A stretch of 64,000 nucleotides of DNA. It comes from the human T2T-CHM13v2.0 reference genome, Homo sapiens. Below are positions 1 to 14,609 of this stretch, piece after piece. Numbering within the stretch: position 1 is the stretch's first letter; every line of letters starts with the position of its first letter. The DNA is taken from NCBI RefSeq assembly GCF_009914755.1, contig NC_060930.1. The stretch is one strand, 5' to 3'. A program made the translations under genes and the position numbers. Under the pieces are notes generated by a model. The model saw only the letters and a list, made by a program, of their open reading frames with translations, made no database searches and was not told the origin of the DNA.

Positions 1-87
1 TCAATTTTATATGACTTCAGATTAAAAAATAATTAAAACCAACAGAATTTGGAGTCAGAATACCCATTAATCTTGGGAGAAGTGACT

Positions 88-210
88 GAGTGGTGGCACA
101 AGGACGCATCTTGGAAGCCAGTAATGGTCTATTTCTTGGCCTGGATGGTGTTTACATGGGTATATACCCATGTAAAATGAATATTCACTTTGTAAAACTC
201 ATGGAGCTAT
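88..210 (+). mobile_element. L1ME-type 3'UTR fragment
   Basis: ggatggtgtttacatgggt...attcactttgtaaaactcatggagct resembles the L1ME 3' end. Confidence 0.6.
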
Positions 211-2140
211 TAGCAAGTCATCTGGCATATTTCAATTTAAAAAAAAGGAAAAACATTCATGGAGTACAGTTTTCCATTTATCAGATTGATACTCTTTTTC
301 ATGACTATATGTGTAGTTATAAATGAAACAGGAAATTCTGTAAGTCAATGGAATGGAAATTGATATCTATTTTCTGGAAATTATTGGATGATATCCACAA
401 AAGCTTAAGAAATAGATATTATTTTATCAACTTAATTTCCAAGACTTTTTCCTATAGAAAGAATCAAAGATATGAACTTAGCACTATGTGAAAGAATATT
501 TTCTACAATATAATTCCTATATTTAGGCATGAGAAACAACCTAATTATTTAGGGATTAAATAAATATATCATGGCATAGTTTTTGATAAAGTGTTCAGAA
601 GCCATTTAAATTCATTCATTCAGACAGCATTTTGTGAACTCTAATCCTACAATTAAAATATTAAATGGTGAGCTAGTTACAAAGCAGCATATAAAGTGAC
701 TCAAATTACACTTTGTATAAAAATATATTTATTATGGCAGTATTTTCTCTGAGTGAGAAATTTATTGGTGATTTTTATATTATTTTTTCTATTTTCTTAG
801 AGTTTCCAGCTCTAAAATAAATATATGTTACCTTTATATGAATATACATCAGGCATTTTTCACCAGAAGGAATCTAATATCATTTTTAAAAATCAAACAT
901 TCATAAAAGTATACCACTTACATACATTATTTTTAGCATTACTTCTTTTATATTAATGTAGGCCTTCATACGTTCATTCCATACTGATGTGCCATACCTC
1001 ACTAAGCTTTTTAAAAATATTATACCCAATACAAATTATTTCTAATCTATTTTGGAATTTTGTACATATTGCAGAGAATATATTCCAGATACAGTTTTTG
1101 CTGCTGTTAAATTAGTTCCTTACTAAAAATTCCCAGAATTAGAAATCCTAGCTCAAGAAGTATAAATGGAATAATCAGCAAAATTTAATTACTGAACAAT
1201 ATTTACTTAATACTTAGAAAGTGTTCAAGTATTTCCCAGGTGTTCAGAAAGTATGAAAATCTGAGTGTTGTAATAGTTCAGAGGAAAACAGTGAGGGATG
1301 AGATCAAATCTGTCCATGAGTAAGTCAAAAGTAGTTGGTGGAGGAGAATCCCATGGTGTTCAAAAGAAAGCGAAAAACAAACATTTAGTGTATGCCATCT
1401 AATTAAACCCCTCAGCACAGCCACTTTGCTCATTGCTAAATCAAGCCCTAAATAAACTATTATTCTACCTTTTTGTGTATTGTTCTACCTCTACACGTGT
1501 ATTAGATATTTGTCTTTAACTGTTACCAGATTTCATTCAATTCAACGTCCCAAATCTTGTGTAAGGAAAGCTGTTATCTTTACATTTGGGAGATACGTGC
1601 CTACCTTTTGTAGTTCCAAACTGCACTGCCTTTATTGTCATCAGGTATCAAGTTTGTATCAAACGTGCGATCTGCCAATTTCACTGCCTCACCTATATCT
1701 CTCAGCTTTAGCCCCCAGTTGAGCTCTTTCCTTTAGATTTGTCTTTCCCAGGTGTATTACCTTGTTTTCCAGGATGTGTCTAATTTGGTTATGTTCTTTT
1801 ATATCTCACACTAGCTGATCACTCAATAAGTATAATATAATTGTTTGAAATTTGCTGCTATACTTTGTTTTGGAATAGTTCCCTGAACTCTAAATACTTG
1901 AACGTGAAAATAATTAAGGTGAAGTATTGAATAACTTGATTTCTTGTACAAAATATTCAATATGGTCTATAGATTTAGGGCCACTAAAAAGGCTTCCTCT
2001 GGGTGACAGTGAAGACTATTTTGTTGCTATGCACATTCAGTAAATCGTACTGCTTATGCATTTATTTTCATTGACAAAAGCATATCATATATTTATTCTA
2101 TTCATGTTATCTATAATTCTCTTAGGTTAGAATTATGTTA

Positions 2141-2494
<354 letters not shown>

Positions 2495-2763
2495 TCACAA
2501 ACATGGTTATAAGGAATTGGAGAAAGAACAATGATATTGAAACTTTTTTATGTTACTGAAAAAGCAATCAGTGTTTTCAGGGTCCAGTCATGGAGCTCTG
2601 ACAAGGAGACAATTTCAACTCAATCAATTTGATGGACTTATGATGTTGGGCCAATTTATTTATATTGCACAGGGATGAGCCAGTTGATTTTCAACAATGA
2701 AGAAGTTGATAACATCATTAAATTCTAAAACAATTGCATCACATTCCATATCAATCTATGATA

Positions 2764-2871
2764 AGTACAGATTAAGTCTGATGTTTCTTTGTTAATTTTC
2801 TGTCTGGAAGATCTGTCTAATGCAGAAAGTGGTGTTTGAAGTCTCCAGGTATTACTGTATTGAAGTCTATC
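2764..2871 (-). mobile_element. L1MA-type ORF2 (endonuclease region) internal fragment
   Basis: gattaagtctgatgtttctttgttaattttctgtctggaagatctgtctaatgcagaaagtggtg matches antisense L1 ORF2 5' region. Confidence 0.8.
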
Positions 2872-5744
2872 AATAATAAGTACAAATGACATATTTCTTA
2901 TAAAATTATATCCAGTATTAAGAAAGTATCTATTCCTTAGAGATATATCTTGATTTGAGCCCCATAAAACATCTCAATGGTGAAGATAAAATGGAACACT
3001 GCAATAATGATAATGAACATTGATGAGGACCCCCTCACTCCTTTTCTTCCAGAACCCTTCATGCCCTCTGTTTCCAGGATACACATACCCACTGCCACCT
3101 TACGTTTCCCCTACTCAAAGAAACGTATGACAAGAGAAAAGAAAAAGAAATTCTTGACTACATAGAGACCCAGTAGCTCAAGCTACTGATCTATATCTGC
3201 ATAAGATATATAAAAGATCATTTGTAACTTCAAGTTACAAAGAAGACTGGAAAACTGAGCAACTCCTAGGTTTGCTTTTAGTTTTTCCTTCTTACAAACA
3301 GATTAGAGGTAAAATAAAATCGTTAAATCAAAATGTGTCTGTAGTCTTTATTTCATGACTATAGATTTTGTTACATGATAGCTATATTTCCATATAAAAA
3401 GGTGGACTTACAACCACTTAGAGTGTGGTTCTACAGTAAGGAATACTAGGAAAAAATATTTCAACACTCACTTTCAATGGAATGAACTTTGAAGTTTTGC
3501 TATAATTTGAAGTAAAAAATCAAATCATTATTAGAATCAATGTAAATTGTTTTTCTATTTAGAGTATATGATACTACAATAAATAGCTGGAGTAATTTAA
3601 TTGTGAAGTTCTTTTGCGAAGGGAGATAATATATTCCCAGTTATTGACTCACTTTTCATACATGCATGAGAATAATTAGAATTTAAAATGGATAAAATTA
3701 ATTTATATGAAATCATGTGATCTAAACAAAAAGTCATGTTTTACAGAATGAAATACACCACATTTTCTGCAGCTGCACATACTTGATTATCATTTTGGGG
3801 CATGGCTTTAAAATAATTAATAACTTTGAAGATAAAGTTGCTGCTAATTTATCATATTTTTGTTTTCTGAATTTTATGTGCTCAGTGATATCAATACACT
3901 TTTACTGGAATTGTGCTCACACGTACCTCCAGTGATTTCCCACTGACCCTGCTTGTGCACTTTTTGCACCTCTCCAGCATTGCATGGGCCATGGCATTAT
4001 TGGTTGGTATACTAAGTGGGTGGCAGAGACAGCAGTGTCTAATACTTCTACCATCACCTGAGATCAGAGTTGACTCCCTTTAGCTGCCTGTGTTCAAGGA
4101 CAATTCATTTTATCAGTAAACACCTTACAATGCTATCCTTCAAGGGACAAGTTAGATAAATTGTATCTGGAAAGTACTGAAGAAAGAGAGACAGGTTAAT
4201 GCTGGTTGTGTTTCACATTTAATCATGTGTTAAAGTAAGCACTCTGCTCTCAGCACATGCATTGCACATACTAATAGAAGAGACCATGGCAGAAACTGAA
4301 AATGTAAAATACCACAGCAATTTTGACATACTTCTATAAAACTAATAATTTTTAAAATAAAATAATCTAGACAAATGCTACTAAGGAAGATAAATTCAGA
4401 CAACAAAAAATAATAAGACTGTTGGGGAAGTGCAACATATGTTCACTCTATCCAATACTCACGAAGCTTCCAGCTACTTAAGTTACTTATCTTCCTCTAA
4501 AACATGCTATTAAGACATCCAATTGTATTTTGCCTCCCATCCTGATTTCCTAGTTACTCATTATCACTGGTCCCTAAACTCTCTCTCTTATATTTTATTT
4601 GGGTGTATGTCCCTGAAAGTGATTTAATATTCCATGCCGTGTCATTCTCCCAAACTATTACCCTGTGCTCTTTGAAATATGCAGTCAATCCTCAAACTCT
4701 TCTCTGTTATTTCACATTTTTTTGCCATGATGTAAACCTGGATGTAGCCCAGTAAGACTACTTCCCTCATGGCCTCTTGTAGTAATGACTATTTTACCCT
4801 ATACCTCTCATGTAGAGAATCCCATGATCTGCAATTGGAGTTAGGTTCCCCTTCGCATGAAGGCTCTTTGAAACCATTTTTTAGTAGCTTCTCTTAAAAT
4901 CTCCAAATTTTCAAAGACTGTGACAGCAAACTATACCACTTGCTTTTCTTTCTTGTTGTAACCATGCATGTACCTCATTCACCAATGCCTTGGTATTGAA
5001 TGCCTGTCAAGGATCATTTGGCCCAGGCATCCCAAACCCCTTTGACTAAAAACGAAATGATAAAAATAATAGGATAAAAAATTTGAACTTTAATTTATTT
5101 AAACTTTAACTCTTATGAATAAGAGTATATGGTTTCAGACTTTAATTTCTTCAACTTTAATGTTTTAAAATTTTAACTCTGAAGAAAATTTAATTCTTGA
5201 ACTTTATTTTTTTTCCTCGAATTCATTTGAAAATATTACATGTGAATTTGAAGCAATGTGCATCGTTGGCATTTTATTATTGGAGCTTTTATACATTTGG
5301 GGTATCAATGTTGTCATTTCATTTTGGTGTCTCCAATGGGCTTTATTTGATAACACAGCTGGATACAATTTGTATTGTATAATAACATAATAGCGAATGG
5401 ATTTTCAGCTTTGGGTAATTTAATTAATACCATATTTTGGCCTACATCATAGACTCCTAGGGCCAAAATCTATGTTTCTTCAATATTGTTGAACAAGAAG
5501 TAGTTGTTGATACTAGGGAGGCACCTCACAAAGGTTGGAGAGGAGTCTCTTCAAACTTTGTTGATTTTCCCCTTTCCAAGGGGAGGAGGCACACCTGTCA
5601 TTGTCCTCAGACTTAATGATAAAGCCCAAGTTGATAGCAGCATACAAAGCTAGAATATTCTTAAACACTATTCCTCTCTCCTAATGATTCCTTCCATGTA
5701 CAGTGCTATCCGTTGTCACAATCCTAACACTTTCACTTACTTTG

Positions 5745-5960
5745 TTAACATTTAGTGAATGCTATGAGCCAGGACTCTTCTAAGTGCTTTTTAAAAATTA
5801 ACCCATATAAGGTACATAGGATGTCAGCAATCTAGTGTGTCAACAGCATAGAATGTTATTACCTCCATACTATAATTAGAACAAGACACGGGACGTTAAA
5901 TTACTTACCAAGACCACTAGTGATAGTTGTGTTGCCAAATCAAATCTCCAACTCTTTATC
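5745..5960 (-). mobile_element. MIR
   Basis: atttagtgaatgctatgagccagg...ctaagtgcttt...ttaaattacttaccaagaccac is an antisense MIR core. Confidence 0.65.
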
Positions 5961-6029
5961 TCCAATACATTCAGCATCTTATGAGCTTTCAACAATGACC
6001 AAATAACTACTTTCCCCCCTCAGTTTCTC

Positions 6030-6430
6030 TAATCCCACCAACTTCTGGTTGCCTTATTTTCTCAGCAGCCAGTCCCTCTCAGTTTCCTTTGGTGGTTTTA
6101 CTTTACAGTTTTATCTGTTAATATTGCAACTCACTGGAGCCCTGTCATGCCCCCTATTTTTGTTCCTATCTACCTTCCTTTTCTGAATAATCCAAATGTA
6201 GATGGCATAAATATTTATATTACCGGCTCTCATCTCCCCCTTGAAAGCCAAAGTGCATATCCAAATACTTTATTGCAATTTTAATGTAGGTTTTTAAATA
6301 TATTAATACATTCAAATTACATCTATAAATTTTCTACCACACACTTCCATCCTGCATCCTGTTCATGTCAAAACAATTTAGAAGTCACCTATGATTCCTC
6401 CCTTTCCATCATATTAATGCATGTAACAGC
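6030..6430 (+). mobile_element. L2 fragment
   Basis: Pyrimidine-rich L2 motifs (ccctctcagtttcctttg, atatccaaatac). Confidence 0.55.
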
Positions 6431-6709
6431 ATATAAAATATATACCAATCTAATAATACTAATATTATTGTAATAAATGTATTACCTTTAGGTTGTGTAC
6501 ATTGGTCGGGAGAGAAAAGTGTGTTGTGTATGTAAGAGAAAATGATAAAATGAGACTTTTACTTTTGTAATCAGTATGCCCCCTGATTAACAGAAAATTA
6601 TTAAATAAAATGTATTCATATATCACTTTATAATTTAAAAGTATTTTAACAATCTCTAAATTGTTGATCAAATCAACAAGAAAGAAATAAGACTTTCAGC
6701 AGTTTTTAA

Positions 6710-6822
6710 TTAATTCAATAAATACGTGCAATATACATACTTTCTGCCAGTCAATTCTCTGGTAGCCACAAATACAATACTGAACACAAAGTTCCTTTCC
6801 TCAAGAAACTCACATTCTGGTA
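6710..6822 (-). mobile_element. L2 3' end
   Basis: attcaataaat...tgccag...cctttcctcaagaaactcacattctggt. Confidence 0.6.
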
Positions 6823-6927
6823 GTAATTACTAAAATAAAATAAAATGTTTACATATATATGCACAAAGTAATTTCAACTGATGATAAAAACTGTAATGAA
6901 AAATTAAACAAGTGAAGGTGATGTCGG

Positions 6928-6962
6928 GTGTGTCTGTGTCTGTGTGTGTGTGTGTGTATGTA
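6928..6962. repeat. (TG)n imperfect microsatellite
   Basis: gtgtgtctgtgtctgtgtgtgtgtgtgtgtatgt. Confidence 0.85.
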
Positions 6963-7117
6963 ATTTAAGTGTTGTGGTCAGGGTAAGCATAAAAGGGAAA
7001 GATAAAATAAATAGAAGTTTTACCACAGAGATAAAAGAGGTAATTTGGGGAACAAAACCCATAAAAAAAGAATGAGATATTATATTTAAAAAAGAAATGG
7101 AGAACACAAAAGTGCTC

Positions 7118-7419
<302 letters not shown>

Positions 7420-7519
7420 AAAGGTGCTCTTAAACATTAGAAATAATAGCTGAATAACAAGGTTAGAAGATAAGGTGAAGCAGCCTCACTTTGTGGCTCA
7501 CTGTGGCTTTCAGGAAGAG

Positions 7520-7986
7520 TAGAACTCTTGTACTTGACATTCAAAGATAAATATTGCAGGTCCATTTTTTAGCCTTTCTTCTGACAGTTTACTACTCCAA
7601 GAAAGCTATTTTTTAACCTAAAACATGGCTTGTGCTTTTTTGCCTCCATAATTTTCCTCACGCTTTCCTTTTTTAAATTATTACTATCAAAACTGCATTC
7701 CCCACATAATACTCTGAATGTAAATGCCAACCATCTTTAAAAGTCCAAAGTTCCTCTCCATCTGAAGCTTTCATAGAATGTTTTCTTTGTGAGCTGCTTT
7801 AGAACTCATTTCAGTACAACTAATATATCATTTTTACATATTACACTGCTTTATAATTATTTGTGTATACATCGTAAGACTCCTATCTGATGTCATGTTT
7901 GGGGATGAAATAAATCATCATCAAAACACCCAGCGTAACACCAGTCATACTGAATGTCCTATAAATAAGTATTAAATGAATTAATG
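7520..7986 (+). mobile_element. L2 3' portion (degenerate)
   Basis: Ends in ataaataagtattaaatgaattaatg, like the L2 3' terminus. Confidence 0.5.
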
Positions 7987-10403
7987 CAGTTTTCCTTAGA
8001 CAAATCAAATAGGGCTTCCTTTCATTTTAAATGTTATCAAAACGTATATGATGAGACCATTGACATTTTGCAGTACAGATTTACCTTTAAAATATATTTT
8101 GTTGAAAAAATAGCAATAATATTGAAATGTACTTACATTTATAAATCTCAATCAATATGCATGATAACATAAAAGCACTGCTGTCCAAAGATGTTCCCTC
8201 AGAGAAATAAAAAACTAAACAAGCATCAGTCAACTATTTACAATAAAAAATTTAAACATTCAGCAATTACATAATTATGTATACCTTTCATTGCTCTGCA
8301 AGGTAACACAATTGCAGTCCCTTCAGTATTAAGTCAGATAAAGATTCTAAAGCACAATGCGGCATACTCTCTGGAATAATCATATGAGCTTAAACCTTTT
8401 GCCTTGAATTCTAACCCTGCAAAGAATGCTATTATGGCCCATAAAATTATATGGAACTACAATAGCCTTCATATATAAAGATAAGGTTCTTCATCTGTTG
8501 TCAGTAAAATATATGGTGGGTGTCATTTACATATACATTTTCTACTTGTGAATAATGATATTCACTAATGAAATCATTGTTTGCCTTCAGATGAAATGTT
8601 AGTCAAACAAATGTTTCTGGTAGAGACATCTGAGCACTAAGAAGTACTTACTGATGTTTAAATATATTTTCTCTTTACCAAGATGAAATAAAACTAAAAC
8701 ATTTAAAGATGAATATTCCCTAAAATGACTTGCCTGGCGCTTGATGACTGCTCTCCTCTCTATGGTGCTGTCTTTTCTCAATCACAATTCCTCCTAAGCC
8801 TTCATGAAAACTGCTGGTTGATACATTCTTATGACATGGAATTCCCATGCTACCAGAACATACTTATTGTTTCCTGATGAAAAAAGTCTCCTACAGGACG
8901 ACCATTCCAGGAATATTTAAAAGGACTATTGAGAAGTAAATTTTTATGAAATAAATCATATTAAGGTTAAAAGCATTTTAGAACATTATAAGACATACTA
9001 GAAGACTATATGTGTGATATGTGAACCCCAAAATAGCACATAATTGAGAAGAAAACTTTACATAAATAGTAGAGAAAGGAAATGGCATTGGCTCCTAATT
9101 AAATCTAAAATGTGATATTTTCAAATTCTTAGACATTGCTGTAATGTTGCTGGCAATGTAGGGCTACAATGAACATTTTCTGACAAACGAGTTTATTGAA
9201 GATAGAGACGAGATTTTTTTCTATCGACCAAGCTGACCTTGTTTTTATGTCTCCCAGGCCACTCATACACTGATAATACATAAATAGTTTCAAAAGTGAA
9301 AACATCTTATGTTCTACTACATTTCAGAAAGCAACCAAAACATGGCTTAAAAATTTAGATCAGAATATAGTTCTAATGGAAGCATGCTGGTACAAGACAT
9401 CTACTGCTTTCACATTAATATCAATTTTTCATATATAAGCTATGTACAGTCATAAACTCAGAACCCAAACCTTCAGAAAACTTCATCAAATATATGTAGC
9501 ATGTATACATCATAGTTATTTAAAAGAATATTTCTCCTTTTCTTGTCCATATCTACTTTATTCGGGAATCAATTCTTAACTGAGTTCATAGGTTAGACTT
9601 GCATAATTTTAGACATGCTTAGATTCTGAAGATTTGATCAGGTTACAAAAGAGCAAGAAATAGCATGAGGTTAATTTGAGTGTTTTTTTTTCTTTTTTTG
9701 CCTAGAAAACTGTAAACACTGTATTGCACTGAGATTTTATAGGCATCTTTTTGTTTCATAGTGATATAACACAATGTGACTCAAGTAGTAGTTTACATGT
9801 TATAGAGAAGTGGATCAATTTTCTTGTGACATGGGCACATCAGTTGAGATAGGATGCCTAAGAAAACAGACCTTCTCCCTCTCTCCCATAGTACCTGTGG
9901 CATTCCAAAAGGGCACCAGGCCAGATAAAAGAAACAGGAGATGTTGTCACTTTAGGCAGAGTACACTATCATTCTCCAACATGTCCACTACCAACAAGAA
10001 AAGCTGCTATGTTCATCCTTTGTAAACTCAGTCAATCCTATCACTTTTAACTATTTGGAAAACTGAGCTACAGATTAGTCTGAATTTCTTCAAAGTTTCA
10101 TATTATTTGACTAAGAGAACAATGAGATTTATATGTTTTCTCCTGATCAATGACAGTGTAAAAATACCATCATATATTGAATAATGTATATGAAAAATTG
10201 TTACCCAAGTAAATTTTCAAGAGCTAAAGATTATATAAAAATATACTTATAAAAGCCCTGACTTCCAGTTTATCTAACAATAACTTGTCTATCCACCTAT
10301 CTTCTGTCCATCTTTTCATCTATCAGTTAGAGATTATAAAAAACTAGCATTATGGAGATCTATGTAACATTCAGAATTCCATTACTGACTCAGCCTGTGA
10401 TCC

Positions 10404-10431
10404 AAAAAAAAAAAAAAAAAAAAAAAAAAAA
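10404..10431 (+). repeat. (A)28 homopolymer
   Basis: Read directly from the sequence. Confidence 0.95.
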
Positions 10432-12294
10432 CCATGTTCTAGAAGCAGTGAATTAAAAGTAATCATTAGAATTATGCTCAGATAGATTTTCTTTTTCCGC
10501 TGCAAGCTTTCTATCTATTTCTCCAATCCTTATTAATATTAATATAATAACCCTACCTGACCTAGAGCCCCAGGCATTCTAACCGAATCTGCATCTTCTG
10601 GGCACAGTGCTACAAATTTTAGGTATGTGAAATTAGCAGCAGTTGCAGTGAAAGGGAGATCTGCCATAATTCACTCATTCTCTGAGCTCCCCTCACTGAA
10701 GCAAGAAAAAGGGGTCAGGAGTGTGGGATAATCTTAGGTCCTGAGAGCCAAGGTGAGAAAATGTGGATATAAAAGGAAAGGAAAGAACCAAGGTAGTTCA
10801 CAGCAGGTTAAGCTAAGACACCACGAGATCAAATCTAAGTTAAGCAAGTGGTCACATATAATAAGTACTGCACATTAACTTTTAATTTTTATTATGTCAC
10901 TTGAAAATGAATATGGCTACCCACAAGGAACAAAAATATTCAGCGAGGAAATCATTGTTCATCAATCTGTCTATAACCTAGCGAGGGGGGAATTTCTATG
11001 AATCTTTGCTGATTTGTTTGTTGAGCTATTGTTCTGACTTACTGTACCTATATCTCTGGTTTTACCAAATATTGGCTCTCACATTTTTCCTCATCCCTCT
11101 AGGGTTCTCAATACAAAGAAAAAATATGTGCAAAGCACTAATATGTATCATATATTTCTTCTGTGAAACATTTCAAGAACAGCTACCCTTCTGCTGGTTA
11201 GCACAGCTGTCATAAACCTTACGGGAGAAACTTTCCCTTACTTTGTGAAAATGACCATCATGCTGGCTATAATAATAAATAAGGCTGTATGAAAAGTAAA
11301 CATATTAAAGTCTAACTTACTCCCAAGAGGCTCAATAACTATTTTAAAATGAAGAAAATCACAGGAAAGGTACAAGTTTTCACATAAATATATAAAAGTT
11401 AAAAAGAAAAAAACATTTGTCATAAATGACTGAATATATGCCTTGGGCTATAAAGCAAACCTAAATACTGAACAAAATATTAAGATGTATACAAATATTC
11501 ACATTTGGGTGATTGTTGAAAGGTGGATATTTTAGAAATAAATTCCTATTCCCAGTCCCCTAGATTTATAGGGATAAAAACGCCTAACGTGCTAAGAAAT
11601 TTAAAGTGAAAGAAAGAATCTTTGTCCTCATAGCCAACATACTTTCCCCATCATGTCACATTGCGCTATTCTGGCTTTATCTGCCAACCATTCAGTAGTC
11701 TATCACAGACAAGATTGCTGCTCACTGCGTTCCATTCAGTCGAGCATTTGAACTGCTTATTATCTTGGCTACCAATGTGTAGGGTGCCTGTTTTTGTCTT
11801 GAACCAGATATACCCTATCCTGCACACTTGATTGCTGAAAACTTCCAGAGACCTCTATTTGCAACAGACTCACATTTGCATGTGTAATTCCTTACTGGTT
11901 TGTCAAACAAGGAACAGGATAAATATACTGATTGATAAAAATTATTCTAAAACAGAAAGCAAAGACTCCTGAGTGAGGAAAGTTTATTAAGTGAAAATTG
12001 CAACTGACATTCAATGATTTTAATAAAATGACTCTCTTCATTCCAAGTCTTCACATTTTGTGGTATTCTCTAATCTTCCAAAAATTTTTTTAATGACATT
12101 TCATGAAACCCATAAGAAAATTCTTCAGTTTTATGAACCTGGCATGGAGGTAGACTTTAGTGGAATTTCAACTATATTTCTTACATTTGGGGACTATTAT
12201 ATATTTTATTTGTATGCTTATTCTGTTACTTTCCCTTTGATGTACTAGGGAAGGCTAAAACATGTAAAGAAGGACCACCGTATTACTTACTATA

Positions 12295-12410
12295 TAGTTC
12301 TTCAATTCTTAGCCCTGGCTACACATTTGAATCACTTGCAAGGTATGCCCCACCTTGAGAAATTCCATTTTAACTTGACTGAGATATTTTCAATACCTAG
12401 GATTGACTTG
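12295..12410. mobile_element. MER5-family hAT fragment
   Basis: ttcttagccctggctacacatttgaatcacttg...ccccacc. Confidence 0.5.
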
Positions 12411-12585
12411 ATATAGTTAAATCCTAAACCAATAAATATGAGACTTCATTGCAATCCAGAGTAACTAAATACCTCCAAAACTAAAATAAATTATTCCTAC
12501 AGTGCTAATCTCTCACTGAGTATTAAATGTCTGTTGCCTCTATATTTATTAATATTCCACAAATGAGGATTTTCTATTTGGCTGT

Positions 12586-13093
12586 TGCAGTAGGAAGAAA
12601 CATGGTCCCATCAAAGATGGCCATGTCCTAATCCTTGTAACCTGTGAATATGTTAGCTTACATAATAAAGGGTTAAGGTTGCAGATAGAATTAAAGTTGC
12701 TAATCAGCTCTTTTTAACTAGAAAGATTATCCAGGATTACCTGGGTGGATGAATATAATTGTGAGTCCCAAGAAGTGGAAAATTCAGGCAGAAGAAGAGG
12801 ATCAGACACAGATGTTAAGACAGAAGCAGAATCAGAGAACCTCAATGTGACTGGCTTTGAAGATGGAGAAAGGGGACTGTATGTCAAAAATGTGGATGGC
12901 CTCTAAAAGGTAAGGAAACAGATTTAGTCCTATGGCCTCCAGAAAGGAAAACACCTCTGCTGGCACCTTGATTTCAACTCAGTAGTAACTGTGTAGATTT
13001 TTAACTTACTGAACTATGAAATAACACATTTATGTTGTTTGAAGCCACTAAATTTGAAGTAATTATTTATAGAAACCTTACAAAATTAATACA
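12586..13093 (+). mobile_element. MLT1 (MLT1D-like) MaLR solo LTR
   Basis: TG...CA ends; aacctgtgaatatgttagcttacat; tgttgtttgaagccactaaatttg. Confidence 0.88.
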
Positions 13094-13823
13094 ACTATTT
13101 TATCATAGACATTTAAATTTTGCTTGCTGACATTAAAATCACAGTGTAATATAATTATGGTAAAGAATTTAGAGCAACTACTCATGAATCAGAATTAATA
13201 TAGTTGCCAGTTCATAATCTAGTCAGTAAATTCAATTTCATGTTTAAAAAAATAGAAATCTTCACGTATGTGAGTTATTTAATCAGTATAAATTTTTGGA
13301 TATAAATGAATCAAATATTAATTGCTAATTTAATATTTTTTTAAAAAATAGAGATATAAAAAATAGATGCAGATGGCATGTATATCATAACCTGGAATGC
13401 AAGATGATACAGATTACAGCACTAGGCTTGCTGTTTAAGTGAAAAAGAGATATATACTTATACAATTGTTTTGCTAAAACTAAGAAGACCTATTATTTTC
13501 TACCTATATTGGAAGCATGTAAGTGCTCAACAGGGAGCAAAATGATTTATGATAGTGGAGGTAGCACAATGTTCTGGTAAAGAAATTAAGATAAAATTAG
13601 GCTGAATATCAGAAACTGCCTTGACAAAATGCAGTAATCTTCCAAATAAATTGGGGGATCTGTACCACCTAAGAACTTTATATAATAATCATTTTTAAAA
13701 TTAAATACTCTTTGAAGTATTGTCGAAGACTTGAAAAAGACATTGCTTAGGCTCATGAAACCACATACATTCTATTTACAGTATAGAGGTGCCTCTTCAT
13801 ATTCAGACCAGAATCTGGAAGTA

Positions 13824-13825
<2 letters not shown>

Positions 13826-13861
<36 letters not shown>

Positions 13862-13872
13862 ACACAACACAT
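13826..13872. repeat. (CA)n microsatellite
   Basis: Long AC run. Confidence 0.95.
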
Positions 13873-14257
13873 ATACATTTTAACAGTTTTTTTTATCCTA
13901 AACTATTACCATTGCACCTTCTAGAAACCACAAATTAGGGCATAGGCCATCCCGCTAAGCCCTATGCACATGTCTCTGTAAATATATTTTGTCCTGCTTA
14001 TATAAACTGTACTGCAAATAAAGAAAATTTACCTTTACATTGACTTTGCAAATTAATGTTCTCCACCAAAGAATAATATCCATGTTCCTGTGGAACAATG
14101 AATGTCATATAAATCTAAATATAACCACACCTGCTCTCAAATTTATACAGATCAAAAGGGCAAAGAATAGTGCTTACTTCCAGCAGACATAATTGGGTAG
14201 AATGCTCTGAAGGGTCTTGTCTCAGTCACGTGGAATATTTAGCCAAAAAAAGACATG

Positions 14258-14600
14258 TGCCTTGATTTAAATATGTCTCCAAAAAGCGTGTGTTAAAAAC
14301 TCAATGGAACAGCATTGGGAGGTGGGGCTTAATGGAAGTTGTTTGTGCCAGGAGGGCTCTATTTTCATGAATGAATTTATGCCAGTTTTAAAAGAGCTTG
14401 CTGCTGTAAGTTAAATCTCTTGCTCTCTTTTACCCTCTCACCTTCTGCTATCAGATGACACAGCAAGAAGTGCCTCATAAGGTGCCAGCACCCAGATATT
14501 GGACTTCCCAGCCTCCCAAGCTGTAAGAAATAAGTTTATTTTCATTATAAAGTACAAGTTTCTGGTATTCTCTTACAGCAGCACAAAATGGACTAGGACA
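14258..14600 (+). mobile_element. MSTC/MSTD MaLR solo LTR
   Basis: ggacttcccagcctcc...gcagcacaaaatggactaggaca; perfect 5-bp TSD acatg (14253-57, 14601-05). Confidence 0.9.
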
Positions 14601-14609
14601 ACATGGCTC

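Noticed and set aside
3990-4085. tRNA- or ancient-SINE-like box A/B pattern
   Set aside because: Too degenerate to assign; no cloverleaf
11238-11300. Minus-strand micro-exon-like splice signals (tag|...caaa|gtaagg); similar donor near 61090
   Set aside because: Isolated motifs are expected by chance, and no consistent multi-exon frame was found
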